Shown: piece by piece, positions 19,248 to 28,486 of the stretch
How positions within the stretch are numbered: position 1 is the first letter of the stretch
Layout of the letters: every line of letters starts with the position of its first letter
From: Candidatus Cloacimonadales bacterium
GTDB taxonomy: Bacteria; Cloacimonadota; Cloacimonadia; Cloacimonadales; JAFGVF01
Direction: 5' to 3'
Length of the DNA: 64,000 bases
NCBI GenBank assembly: GCA_963667035.1
Contig: OY762964.1
Span: 3,008,001 to 3,072,000 of the forward strand
The notes under the pieces: model-generated
The model's database searches: none
Seen by the model: the letters and a program-made list of their open reading frames with translations, nothing else
What the model was told of the DNA's origin: nothing
Translations under genes and position numbers: made by a program

Positions 19248-22200
19248 TTAATTTGCTCTCCCTTGAACCGTAACAACTTCTTCAGGGGCAGAACCACTTA
19301 CACTAACAATATTGTCATAGGGATTTTTGTCAATAAGCATAAAATATGGATCAACACCTACTTTTATAGGTTTAATCGGAGTTTTTATACTAAAATGCCT
19401 CTTCCCATCAGCAATTTGAATTTTATTAATATAAAGAGGATACTCCTTTTCTTTTCCATTAACAAACTTTGTACCTAGTACAGCTACATCTATCCAATCA
19501 TTCATATCCGTTTTAGTTGTTTCTCCTTTACCGTCATCATACATCTTTGCAACTTCTACATCAAAATCAACGGTATACTCTTCATCATCAGTTTCAGGAT
19601 TGGTTATTTTCAGATTTGTTACTTTATTATCATAGAGGGTAATCTTTTTATACCAATCATCAACAAGATATATAAGAGAGTCAGGAGTTTCATTCTCCAA
19701 ATATGACAGGAATTCCAAGGTATTTGTATACGGTCTGTCTTGGAATTTAACGGAATCAAGATAGTTTGATAAAGCTCTATTCATTGGTCTTCCACCAATC
19801 ATATCGGCCATGCCGTACATTACAATTGCTCCTTTGTTATAATATATGTATTGTTGGTTCTCAACAAGATATAGGGGTTCCTCTTCACGATCTTCGTAAG
19901 CTCTTCCTGTAAGATAAGAGCTCAACTCATGCTTAAGGAATTTTCCAACAATCTCCATTCCAAACTTCTTTTCCATTACTTTAACGGATGAATATTGTGC
20001 AAAGGCTTCACTAAGCATTACTGCACCTTGAACGTCAGCACCGATTACCTGATGTGCCCACCACTGATGAGCAACTTCATGACATGTAACCCAATAAGGA
20101 TAATCAATATCTCCTTTATCTGCATTAACATCAGCAATGAAGCCTATTGATTCGGAGAATGGTATTGTTGTAGGGAAGGATTGTGCATAAGTTGCCCAGC
20201 GAGGGAATTCTACGATTCTTAATACCTTATTCTGGAATGGTCCAAAGCTATTGGTATAGTATGATAAAGAGTTCTTCATAGCAGTCATCATTCCATCTGT
20301 GTTGTAAGGATGTTCTGAGTCGTAATATACTTCCAAATCAACTTCTTGTCCTGTTTTCTTATTTTTCCAATGACCTTTCTTAACTTCAAGTTCAGCGGAA
20401 AGGAATGCAACAAAATTCAAGATAGGTTGATCCATTTTAAAGTGAACATACTTCCTTCCATTCTCTTCCCATTTGTCCATTACATAACCGGGAGAAATAG
20501 GAGTCTGAGAGTTCACGGTACTCATCACAACTTCATAGGTTACCCAATCCGAGTCATTAGAGATATATGTATTCTGACGTGCTTTTACGTCATCGACTTT
20601 TGCCATTCTTTCTTTAGGCGGGAGTCCCATTTTCTTTCTTTTATCAGGACTAGAAATCTCCATGCCCGTATCATAGGCAAAACCCGGTACAAACATCTTG
20701 TTGTTAAGAAATGTTCCGTTTTTAACAACCGAAGTAGAATTAAATCCTTTTGGCTCTGTAACAAATTCAAAATCACAATGGAATTCTTCTCCTGGTTGCA
20801 ACGGCTCAGTAAATTTATATGTTCTGATACCGAAGTCCGTATTGTCGACACTTATTGTTGAAGGTTTATCAAACTCCAGCTTTTTCATTTCCATATCTTC
20901 GTTGTATGTAACATACATGGAGTCTAAAGCAACAGTTTCTTTGTTTCTAAGAGTTAGTCTGCCACCAAGTACACCTATACCATCTTCGGGATATAAATCA
21001 ACTTTAAGACTTACATCTGTAACTCTTGGCCCAAGCATTCCGTCATATTTCTTAAAGTCTTTTTCAAGCTGTGCTCTGATTTTGACCCAAGTCTTACTTA
21101 AATGAAAATCATTAACTATGTTTGTTTGATAGAATACTATGGAAGCCATAGAAAGATATACTACTCCCAAGCTTATCAAGAGAGTTTTAACAGCAGGAGT
21201 CATTCTTTGCTTTGCTAGACTTTTTCTCTCTATGATATTATTGTTTCGACCTCTAACCATAAACAGATAAGCTACTACAAGAAGTATTATATCCAGAGAT
21301 GTCCATAACAATGTACTAACAATATTAAATCCTGTATTTCCTCTCCATCCTGCCATATCAGAATAACTCATACCTATACCGGATTGGTAATTAAACAACG
21401 GGTGTTCAAGACCAATCATTGATACAAAGCCTCTAAGAATAACAACACCTAAGAATACGAAATGAGACACATATTTGTTGTTTACAAGAGTATGTACTGT
21501 AAAGGCTGTAAGAGTGAGTCTAAAGATTGCCAAGGTTCTGAAAATAAACTCAACAAGATAGACATCAGGCTTTATATTAGTAAAACCACTAAACAATTGA
21601 AATAGAATTGCAACTAAAAATGCTCCAATGATTATTATCAACTGCATTCCCATTAAAGCAAATAGTTTAGAAACAAGGAATACCCAACTCTTGGATGGTG
21701 TAGAATCCAGTATCAAATCCATTCTATTGATTCTACTTTTCCAAAGCAATTCACCTGCAAACAGAGTTACTAGCACCAATATCAAAGTAGAGATACCACC
21801 ATGAACACCGGACATCACTTTGTAAGTTACCGGTAACGTTTCAGTTTCATATATCTGACCTGATGTTCTTATGGTAAAATATGTTAGTGCTAAACCACAT
21901 ACAACCAAAATCCAGAAATAGAATCTGGAAGTTATATTTTTTGTCTCCATCCCAATAAGGTAGTAAAGTTGCTTCCAGCTCTGTTTTGATGAAAAGTCTT
22001 TTTGAACATTAGCAGAATTAAAGCTTATGGCTTTATATTTTGATACTGTTGATTTACTCTTTTTCTCTCTCTTACCTTTCAATTCAGGATAAGCAAAAAC
22101 AGTTTTTATGTAAGAAAGCCAGAATAGAACTAATCCTACACCACACCACAGTAATCGATTAATCATCATTACAGGAGTAAACGGTACAAGGTGATTATTC

Positions 22201-22904
22201 TTTTCAGCAACACTCATTAAATCTGTAACAAATCCTGAAGTAAATATTGCAAAAGGATCAAGGATGGCTATCAATCTCTTCATGCTAACTTTACTTGCTA
22301 AGGTTGAAATTATCAGGTAGAAAACCAATAAGAGTATGGCACCGACATAAACAGAAGCTTGTTTTTTTGTTAATGAACCGATTGCATAGAATATCCCACA
22401 AGTAAATATCATGTTGGGAAGAACAATTGTTACGTAAGGCCATAAATAAGCCGCAATGTTAATACTACCAAAATAGCTTCTGTCTATCCAAGGTGATATT
22501 GATGATAGGAATATTCCCACTGCTATAGAGAACATTATCATGGTTAGCACTATAGCATTGCCAAGGAATCTGCCTAGTAAGTAACTAATCTTGCTGATAG
22601 GTTTGGTGTAAATTAACTGAAACATAGAATATTCATGATCCCTGCTGACTGCATCTCCCGAGAAAGCTGCACAGAAGAAGATTGCCAGTAGTTGGAAACC
22701 AAGAATAGTAGAGTGAATAAAGAATGGAGAGTTAAGCATAATTCTCTCACCACTTCCTGCCATCATAACTCTCATTCCGGTAAATGCACCTCCGGCAATC
22801 TGAAGAGTAAAATATGATAGTAGAAAGAAAACTCCCATATATATGTATGTAGAAATTCTAGTTAGTCTGTATTTTAGCTCAAATTTAAGCATTTCAAGGA
22901 ACAT
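19248..22904 (-). CDS. ABC-2 type permease fused to M1-family zinc aminopeptidase domain
   Basis: Two hydrophobic ABC-2 permease repeats (TKPISK..YLLGRF; STPSKSW..LVSK), then HEVAHQWW...LSE zinc motif and YYNKG. Confidence 0.88.
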   Translation of the reverse strand: MFLEMLKFELKYRLTRISTYIYMGVFFLLSYFTLQIAGGAFTGMRVMMAGSGERIMLNSPFFIHSTILGFQLLAIFFCAAFSGDAVSRDHEYSMFQLIYTKPISKISYLLGRFLGNAIVLTMIMFSIAVGIFLSSISPWIDRSYFGSINIAAYLWPYVTIVLPNMIFTCGIFYAIGSLTKKQASVYVGAILLLVFYLIISTLASKVSMKRLIAILDPFAIFTSGFVTDLMSVAEKNNHLVPFTPVMMINRLLWCGVGLVLFWLSYIKTVFAYPELKGKREKKSKSTVSKYKAISFNSANVQKDFSSKQSWKQLYYLIGMETKNITSRFYFWILVVCGLALTYFTIRTSGQIYETETLPVTYKVMSGVHGGISTLILVLVTLFAGELLWKSRINRMDLILDSTPSKSWVFLVSKLFALMGMQLIIIIGAFLVAILFQLFSGFTNIKPDVYLVEFIFRTLAIFRLTLTAFTVHTLVNNKYVSHFVFLGVVILRGFVSMIGLEHPLFNYQSGIGMSYSDMAGWRGNTGFNIVSTLLWTSLDIILLVVAYLFMVRGRNNNIIERKSLAKQRMTPAVKTLLISLGVVYLSMASIVFYQTNIVNDFHLSKTWVKIRAQLEKDFKKYDGMLGPRVTDVSLKVDLYPEDGIGVLGGRLTLRNKETVALDSMYVTYNEDMEMKKLEFDKPSTISVDNTDFGIRTYKFTEPLQPGEEFHCDFEFVTEPKGFNSTSVVKNGTFLNNKMFVPGFAYDTGMEISSPDKRKKMGLPPKERMAKVDDVKARQNTYISNDSDWVTYEVVMSTVNSQTPISPGYVMDKWEENGRKYVHFKMDQPILNFVAFLSAELEVKKGHWKNKKTGQEVDLEVYYDSEHPYNTDGMMTAMKNSLSYYTNSFGPFQNKVLRIVEFPRWATYAQSFPTTIPFSESIGFIADVNADKGDIDYPYWVTCHEVAHQWWAHQVIGADVQGAVMLSEAFAQYSSVKVMEKKFGMEIVGKFLKHELSSYLTGRAYEDREEEPLYLVENQQYIYYNKGAIVMYGMADMIGGRPMNRALSNYLDSVKFQDRPYTNTLEFLSYLENETPDSLIYLVDDWYKKITLYDNKVTNLKITNPETDDEEYTVDFDVEVAKMYDDGKGETTKTDMNDWIDVAVLGTKFVNGKEKEYPLYINKIQIADGKRHFSIKTPIKPIKVGVDPYFMLIDKNPYDNIVSVSGSAPEEVVTVQGRAN

Positions 22905-22915
22905 CTGTCCCTCCT

Positions 22916-23797
22916 TTAAACTATCTCATCAGCCGGTATTGTGCTGAAATAAACATCTGATAAATCCGGATTCTTAAGATCAAAGCCTTCTCCCGGATTC
23001 TCTTCACTAAGGACAGTAATCTGTAATTTCCCAACTTGGAGTTTAGAAGATATAACTTGATATTCCTTTTGGTGTTGCTTCATTTCGGATTTATCAATCA
23101 GCTTTATCCACAAACGATTTTTAAGATTATCTATTGCAGTAATAGGATCGGAAGAGATAAGCACTTCTCCTTTATGAATAATAGCAAATTCGGAACAAAG
23201 TTCACTTACATCCTCAACTATATGAGTTGATAAAATCACTATTCTGTTCTCGCCTAATTCGGATAGAATATTGTAAAAATGATTTCTTTCTTTAGGGTCA
23301 AGTCCGGCTGTGGGCTCATCAACAATCAATAAATCAGGTTCTCCGAGAAGAGCTTGTGCTATTCCGAATCTTTGTTTCATACCACCGGAATACCCTCCCA
23401 GATGTTTCTTTCTTACATCGAAAAGGTTTACCTCATTCAAGTAGTGGTTAACAATCTCTTTTCTTTGAGAGTTATTAGCAATACCTTTCAGTCTGGCAAA
23501 ATGGCTTAGCATATCATAAGCGGAGACATTAGGATAGAAATCAAAATCTTGAGGTAAGAATCCCAAGCGTTTCCTAATTCCCAATTTATCTTTAGTTATA
23601 TCTATACCATCAAAAATTACAGTACCTTTATCTGCCTCTTGAAGAGTTGAGATAGTTCTCATTAAAGTTGATTTACCTGCCCCGTTAGGTCCTAAAAGAC
23701 CGAACATCCCTTCACTAATCTTAAGATCGATACCCTTGAGGGCTTGAACTCCATTGGAATATGTCTTTTCCAAACCGCTTATTATAAGCTCTTTCAT
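22916..23797 (-). CDS. ABC transporter ATP-binding protein
   Basis: GPNGAGKS, YSGGMKQR, IVDEPTAGLDP, LSTH. Confidence 0.95.
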   Translation of the reverse strand: MKELIISGLEKTYSNGVQALKGIDLKISEGMFGLLGPNGAGKSTLMRTISTLQEADKGTVIFDGIDITKDKLGIRKRLGFLPQDFDFYPNVSAYDMLSHFARLKGIANNSQRKEIVNHYLNEVNLFDVRKKHLGGYSGGMKQRFGIAQALLGEPDLLIVDEPTAGLDPKERNHFYNILSELGENRIVILSTHIVEDVSELCSEFAIIHKGEVLISSDPITAIDNLKNRLWIKLIDKSEMKQHQKEYQVISSKLQVGKLQITVLSEENPGEGFDLKNPDLSDVYFSTIPADEIV

Positions 23798-24001
23798 CTT
23801 TATTCCTTCCTTAGTAGATATTTCTAAGCGTCACTATAATAATTATTGTCATTTCTCATGGTTACTGAGAATTTACAAAACTATACTCAAAGTGTTATTA
23901 TCAATTAAAAGTGTAAAGTTGTTTTTTATAATACAATCTATTATCCTATTATGAACATAAAGCCATCTGATAATTATTAACATGGTTAAGAAATTATTCT
24001 C

Positions 24002-24029
24002 TTGACCTTTATTTTTGTACTAGCATAAT
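24002..24029 (+). promoter_or_regulatory. sigma70-type promoter for comEC
   Basis: TTGACC-N16-CATAAT. Confidence 0.5.
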
Positions 24030-24050
24030 TCTATCTCAAAGGTATTTAAA

Positions 24051-26366
24051 ATGATAGGTAATAGAATAGGGATGAAAGAATTCCCAAATCCAATATTATT
24101 TCCGACATTGGGATTCTGTCTTGGAATTATTCTCCAAGCTTATTGGCATTTACCGTTTCTTGCCCCTATAGTGATTATGCTCCTTACTATTACTTTAGTA
24201 ACTAAACTGAAGTTTGTCCCATTATTACTACTTATAATAGCCTTAGGTGCAATGCGATATGATGCAACTAATCCAAAAAATCCTCTGGAGGAATATCTTT
24301 CTCATGAGGAAACAACCAACGAGTATATAAAGGGTCATGTTACAGATAAAGACCATCTTCAATCCGGTGATTGGGTTTATATAGTCAGAACAGAATCTAC
24401 ATATAGCTTTCCTTTTCAAGTTACATTAAGAGTATTTTCGGAGAATGACACACTTATGATTGGAGACATTATCTCTGCGTATATCAATTTGAATAGGGTA
24501 GACCCCGCTCTCAATCCGGGAGAATTCGATTACTCCGGATATATGCTAAGGAATGGTATTCACGGGAAAGCAAACTTCTCAAGCAAAATAAAGGTTTTTA
24601 GAAATAGGCAGAATCTAAGAACAGTACTAAATCGGATAAAATTATCTGCTCTTGGAAGAATTGAAAGAGTATTTCCCAATAACTCCGGATTTGTTAAAGC
24701 AGTCCTATTTGGGGATAGGTCGGAGTTAAATGAAGTGAGAGATACATTCAAAGATGCTGGTGTAATGCATTTGTTAGCAATAAGCGGTTTACATATAGGG
24801 ATTATCTATCTGTTTGTGTTTACCTCTTTAAGGTTTTTTTTATCAAAAAGGGCTTCCATAGCAATCGCTTGTATTATTTTGCTTGGATATCTTGCTGTTT
24901 GTAATAATTCACCATCAGTAAGTAGAGCTGTTATCATGATAACAATTATCTCACTTGCAAAGATATTGGAAAGAGATATTAGTATAATCCAGTTGTTATC
25001 ACTTTCCGCATTACTAATTTTATTCTTAAACCCGCATGAATTGTTTAATGTTGGATTTCAGTTAAGTTTTACTGCTGTCTATACCATATTGGTAATTACC
25101 CCAAAACTGGGATTTATAAATCATCATAAAGAGAATAGATACATTAAGTATCTTCTAACCCCCATTGTGATAACAGTAAGCGTTAACTTGTTACTTCTTC
25201 CCATAATATTATATCACTTCCACGAAGCACCATTAGTTGGAGTAATCAGTTCTATCCCTGCAATTCTACTGTTCAGTTTATATTTCCCCATAACAATCTT
25301 AGTATATATAACTCCAGTTTCTGCGTTAAGTCAGTTTCTTTATCCTGTTTCAGAGCAATTGCTTCATTTATTGTTTAAACTGGTATATATGACATCAAAT
25401 TTACTACTCAAACTTGATTATATAATCTTTCCGCGATTCTTAATAATTGCATTCTGGATTTTTATCGTGATTATCCCTTTGTTAAAGCATAGACGCATAG
25501 TAATGTTATGCTTTATTATTTTGTTCTCAGCTACTTTATTCTATGTTAATGAGTTTGGAAGTAAAAGGTTTGAGGTCGTCAGCTTTGCAGTTGGGCACGG
25601 AGATTGTCATTTAATCCGGAATGGTAACGGAGTTGTGATGATTGATACGGGAGCATTCAATAAAAGGGTATCAGAAATTGAAAGACATGTATTCCCTTAT
25701 CTTAAGGAAAATGGTATAAAATCTATAGATAAGCTTATCATTACTCATCAGCATAATGACCACTACGGGGGAATTCTACCTCTACTAAATGAAGTTAAGG
25801 TAAAGGAGCTTGTGGTAAGTAGTAATTTTGCAAGAAGCGGATTATTCAAGCATTGGAAGAGTATTTCTTCTCCTATTGAGAATACCGTGGTAACTGTTGT
25901 TGATGATACTTTGCATTACAAAAAAGGCAATATGGATTTGCTCTTTATTAATCCCGTGTCTAACTATATGGAGTATAGTGTGAATAATCAGTCCTTGATA
26001 ACAAAACTGGAATATAAACAACTCTCAATTCTGTTTACAGGTGACTTGGAGATAGAAGGCGAGAACGAAGTTCTAAGAAAGTACAAGAAGAGGTTAAAAA
26101 GCGATGTATTGAAAGCCGGTCATCATGGAGCTAAGAATACTATCGGTTATTCTTTCTTAAAAACAGTTTCCCCATATCTGGTGATAATTCCTGCTAATTG
26201 TAAAAAACATTCTGATTTTGCAAAAGAAACACTAATAAAACTTAAAGAATTTGAGATAGAGTACTATATTACAGGATATGACGGAGCAGTGATTATTACC
26301 GAAGAATCGGATAGATTTTTTGCCCGTACCTATCATACTCATGAAACAGTCTACTTAAGCTATTAG
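24051..26366 (+). CDS. comEC: DNA internalization competence protein ComEC/Rec2
   Basis: NPGEFDY, HLLAISGLH, SPSVSRA, GFQLSF, VGHGD, THQHNDH, FTGD, KAGHHG. Confidence 0.93.
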   Translation: MIGNRIGMKEFPNPILFPTLGFCLGIILQAYWHLPFLAPIVIMLLTITLVTKLKFVPLLLLIIALGAMRYDATNPKNPLEEYLSHEETTNEYIKGHVTDKDHLQSGDWVYIVRTESTYSFPFQVTLRVFSENDTLMIGDIISAYINLNRVDPALNPGEFDYSGYMLRNGIHGKANFSSKIKVFRNRQNLRTVLNRIKLSALGRIERVFPNNSGFVKAVLFGDRSELNEVRDTFKDAGVMHLLAISGLHIGIIYLFVFTSLRFFLSKRASIAIACIILLGYLAVCNNSPSVSRAVIMITIISLAKILERDISIIQLLSLSALLILFLNPHELFNVGFQLSFTAVYTILVITPKLGFINHHKENRYIKYLLTPIVITVSVNLLLLPIILYHFHEAPLVGVISSIPAILLFSLYFPITILVYITPVSALSQFLYPVSEQLLHLLFKLVYMTSNLLLKLDYIIFPRFLIIAFWIFIVIIPLLKHRRIVMLCFIILFSATLFYVNEFGSKRFEVVSFAVGHGDCHLIRNGNGVVMIDTGAFNKRVSEIERHVFPYLKENGIKSIDKLIITHQHNDHYGGILPLLNEVKVKELVVSSNFARSGLFKHWKSISSPIENTVVTVVDDTLHYKKGNMDLLFINPVSNYMEYSVNNQSLITKLEYKQLSILFTGDLEIEGENEVLRKYKKRLKSDVLKAGHHGAKNTIGYSFLKTVSPYLVIIPANCKKHSDFAKETLIKLKEFEIEYYITGYDGAVIITEESDRFFARTYHTHETVYLSY

Positions 26367-26519
26367 GACAGTAGTAATTATGAGCATACTATGCTAATAA
26401 ATTAGTCCTCATGTTAGTACAGTCTTTTGCATATCAAGAAAAACGGATTATTATTTTTCTTGTGTAAAAAAATGTAGCTATATATAGCGGAATCAGGATT
26501 GCTATAAAGTGGAGGATTA

Positions 26520-27473
26520 ATGAACTACGATGTGATTATCATTGGTGCCGGACCTGCCGGTCTTTCAGCTGCAGTATATGCAGCTAGGGGAGAGATGAAA
26601 ACAGTTGTTTTCGATAAAGGTATTGAAGGCGGTCAGATGAACCTAACCGATGAGATTGAGAACTATCCGGGATTTGAAAAGGTTGTAACCGGTTATGAAA
26701 TGGGAATGAAAATGAAGGCACAAGCTGAGAAATTTGGAACTCAGTTTAAATATGAAGAAATTACAGCTGTTTCTCTGGACGGTTATTGCAAAGTTGTTGA
26801 AACAACTAAAGCTAAGTACAGAGCGAAAGCACTTATAATTGCTACCGGTGCTTCTCCAAGAAGATTGAATGTTCCGGGAGAAGAAAGATTAACAGGACGA
26901 GGTGTTTCCTATTGTGCCGTATGTGACGGAGCTCTTTACAGAGGTAAAACCGTTGCCGTTATCGGTGGAGGTGATTCGGCAGTGGAAGAAGCAATGTATT
27001 TAACTAAGTTTGCTAAAAAAGTATATCTTATCCATAGAAGAGAGCAACTCAGAGCTGAGAAAGTTATTCAAAACAGAGCTTTTACAAATAAGAAAATAGA
27101 GTTTATCTGGAACACTGTTGTAAATGAGGTAGAAGGTGATCCTGTAGTCTCTGGTTTAAAATTATTCAATCGTAAAGAAGATAAGAATACTTATCTTAAG
27201 GTTGACGGTGTCTTTATTTATGTTGGGATTCTTCCTAACAATAATTTGTTTGAATCCAGAATTGAATTGAATGAAGCAGGATTTGTAACAACCAATTCTC
27301 TTATGCAAACAAACCTTCCGGGAGTTTATGTTGCAGGTGATTTGAGAGAAAAACCTTTAAGGCAAGTTGTTACTGCTGCAGCAGATGGAGCAATTGCAGG
27401 TTGGTCTGCCGAGAAGTGGATTGAAGAGAATGAAGAACACTTCGCAGACGGTGTTTGTGAAATTATAAAATAA
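26520..27473 (+). CDS. trxB: Thioredoxin-disulfide reductase
   Basis: GAGPAG, ENYPG, GVSYCAVCDG, GGGDSAVEEA, HRR, AGD. Confidence 0.97.
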   Translation: MNYDVIIIGAGPAGLSAAVYAARGEMKTVVFDKGIEGGQMNLTDEIENYPGFEKVVTGYEMGMKMKAQAEKFGTQFKYEEITAVSLDGYCKVVETTKAKYRAKALIIATGASPRRLNVPGEERLTGRGVSYCAVCDGALYRGKTVAVIGGGDSAVEEAMYLTKFAKKVYLIHRREQLRAEKVIQNRAFTNKKIEFIWNTVVNEVEGDPVVSGLKLFNRKEDKNTYLKVDGVFIYVGILPNNNLFESRIELNEAGFVTTNSLMQTNLPGVYVAGDLREKPLRQVVTAAADGAIAGWSAEKWIEENEEHFADGVCEIIK

Positions 27474-27496
27474 CTATTATCAAAAATTGAAACTAT

Positions 27497-27523
27497 AGCC
27501 TGCTGTTTTCAGCAGGCTTTTTT
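27497..27523 (+). terminator. Intrinsic terminator of trxB
   Basis: AGCCTGCTG-tttt-CAGCAGGCT followed by T-tract. Confidence 0.85.
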
Positions 27524-27529
27524 AGATGT

Positions 27530-28235
27530 GTAACGAAATCCACCTGCTCTGCAGGTGGTTCCCCAAAGCTTTAGCTATGCACAAAAATTCCTCCATCGTA
27601 ACTTTGTAGTGTCAGCTGCAAAATAAACAAAGGAGGAATAATGGATAATAGTACATTATCACATACTACATGGAATTGTAAATACCACATAGTCTTTGCA
27701 CCCAAGTATCGACGACAGGTAATTTATCGCAAACTAAAAAAAGATATTGGTGAGATACTGCGAGTATTATGTGAACGGAAACAGATTGAAATCATTGAAG
27801 CAGAGGCTTGCCCCGGTCACATTCACATGTTGATAAAAATACCACCGAAATATAGTGTTTCATCAATAATGGGATATCTTAAAGGTAAGAGTAGCCTGAT
27901 GATTTTTGACCGACATACTCAACTGAAATACAAGTATGGTCAACGTCGATTTTGGTGTCGAGGCTACTTTGTCGATACCGTTGGCAAAAATGAACAGCGA
28001 ATAGCAAATTATGTCAGGTCACAACTCCAAGAAGATGTACTCTCTGATCAGATGACAATCAAAGAGTTTAATTGACCCGTTTACGGGTAAGCAAGAAAAC
28101 TAAGGCATTAAAATAACCCCTTTAGGGGTATCCGGAAATAGTTGTGCAGCTGACATTTTCTCAGAGGGCGAAAGCCTGGTCAGTGTCCGCCCTTATAGGG
28201 CGAGTCCAAACCACCAGCTGAGCTGGTGGTCATGA
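27530..28235 (+). mobile_element. IS200-group insertion sequence (tnpA only, no tnpB); ends approximate
   Basis: Subterminal hairpins CCACCTGC-tct-GCAGGTGG (27540-27558) and ACCACCAGC-tga-GCTGGTGGT (28210-28230) flank a Y1 transposase; inserted directly after trxB terminator. Confidence 0.85.
27641..28075 (+). CDS. tnpA: IS200/IS605 family Y1 (HUH) transposase, C-terminally frameshifted
   Basis: CKYHIVFAPKYRR, HIH, GYLKGKS, FWCRGY, YVRSQ; expected tail IDPFTGKQEN* lies in the +1 frame to 28103. Confidence 0.92.
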   Translation: MDNSTLSHTTWNCKYHIVFAPKYRRQVIYRKLKKDIGEILRVLCERKQIEIIEAEACPGHIHMLIKIPPKYSVSSIMGYLKGKSSLMIFDRHTQLKYKYGQRRFWCRGYFVDTVGKNEQRIANYVRSQLQEDVLSDQMTIKEFN

Positions 28236-28340
28236 TTATGACACTTTTTTTAACAATTCCATAGACTAATAGGTTAAGTCTGTATTTAATGCAGTTAATA
28301 ATACACAATTTTATGCTTACACTGAATTATCTGTTCTCTT

Positions 28341-28473
28341 TCATTTACCTATTTCAATTCCTAATAGATACTCGTTAGCGCCCCGTTAGATTCTCATTAC
28401 GATAAATAGGAAACGAACAGGCAACTGTTGAGGAACCGATAATCATCTAATATGAATTGAGATAGATAAATGA
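28341..28473. repeat. 29-bp imperfect inverted repeat enclosing 75 bp (structured element)
   Basis: 28341-28369 pairs with 28445-28473 at 25/29 Watson-Crick positions; internal AACAG-GCAA-CTGTT hairpin. Confidence 0.7.
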
Positions 28474-28486
28474 GAGACTAAAGAAA

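Noticed and set aside
28104..28235. tnpB/iscB gene in the IS
   Set aside because: Only ~130 nt between tnpA tail and right-end hairpin
28370..28444. attC site, hammerhead, SRP or c-di-GMP riboswitch reading of the hairpin interior
   Set aside because: GTTAGAT is internal rather than terminal; CUGAUGA/GAAA order, SRP loop and GEMM motifs absent
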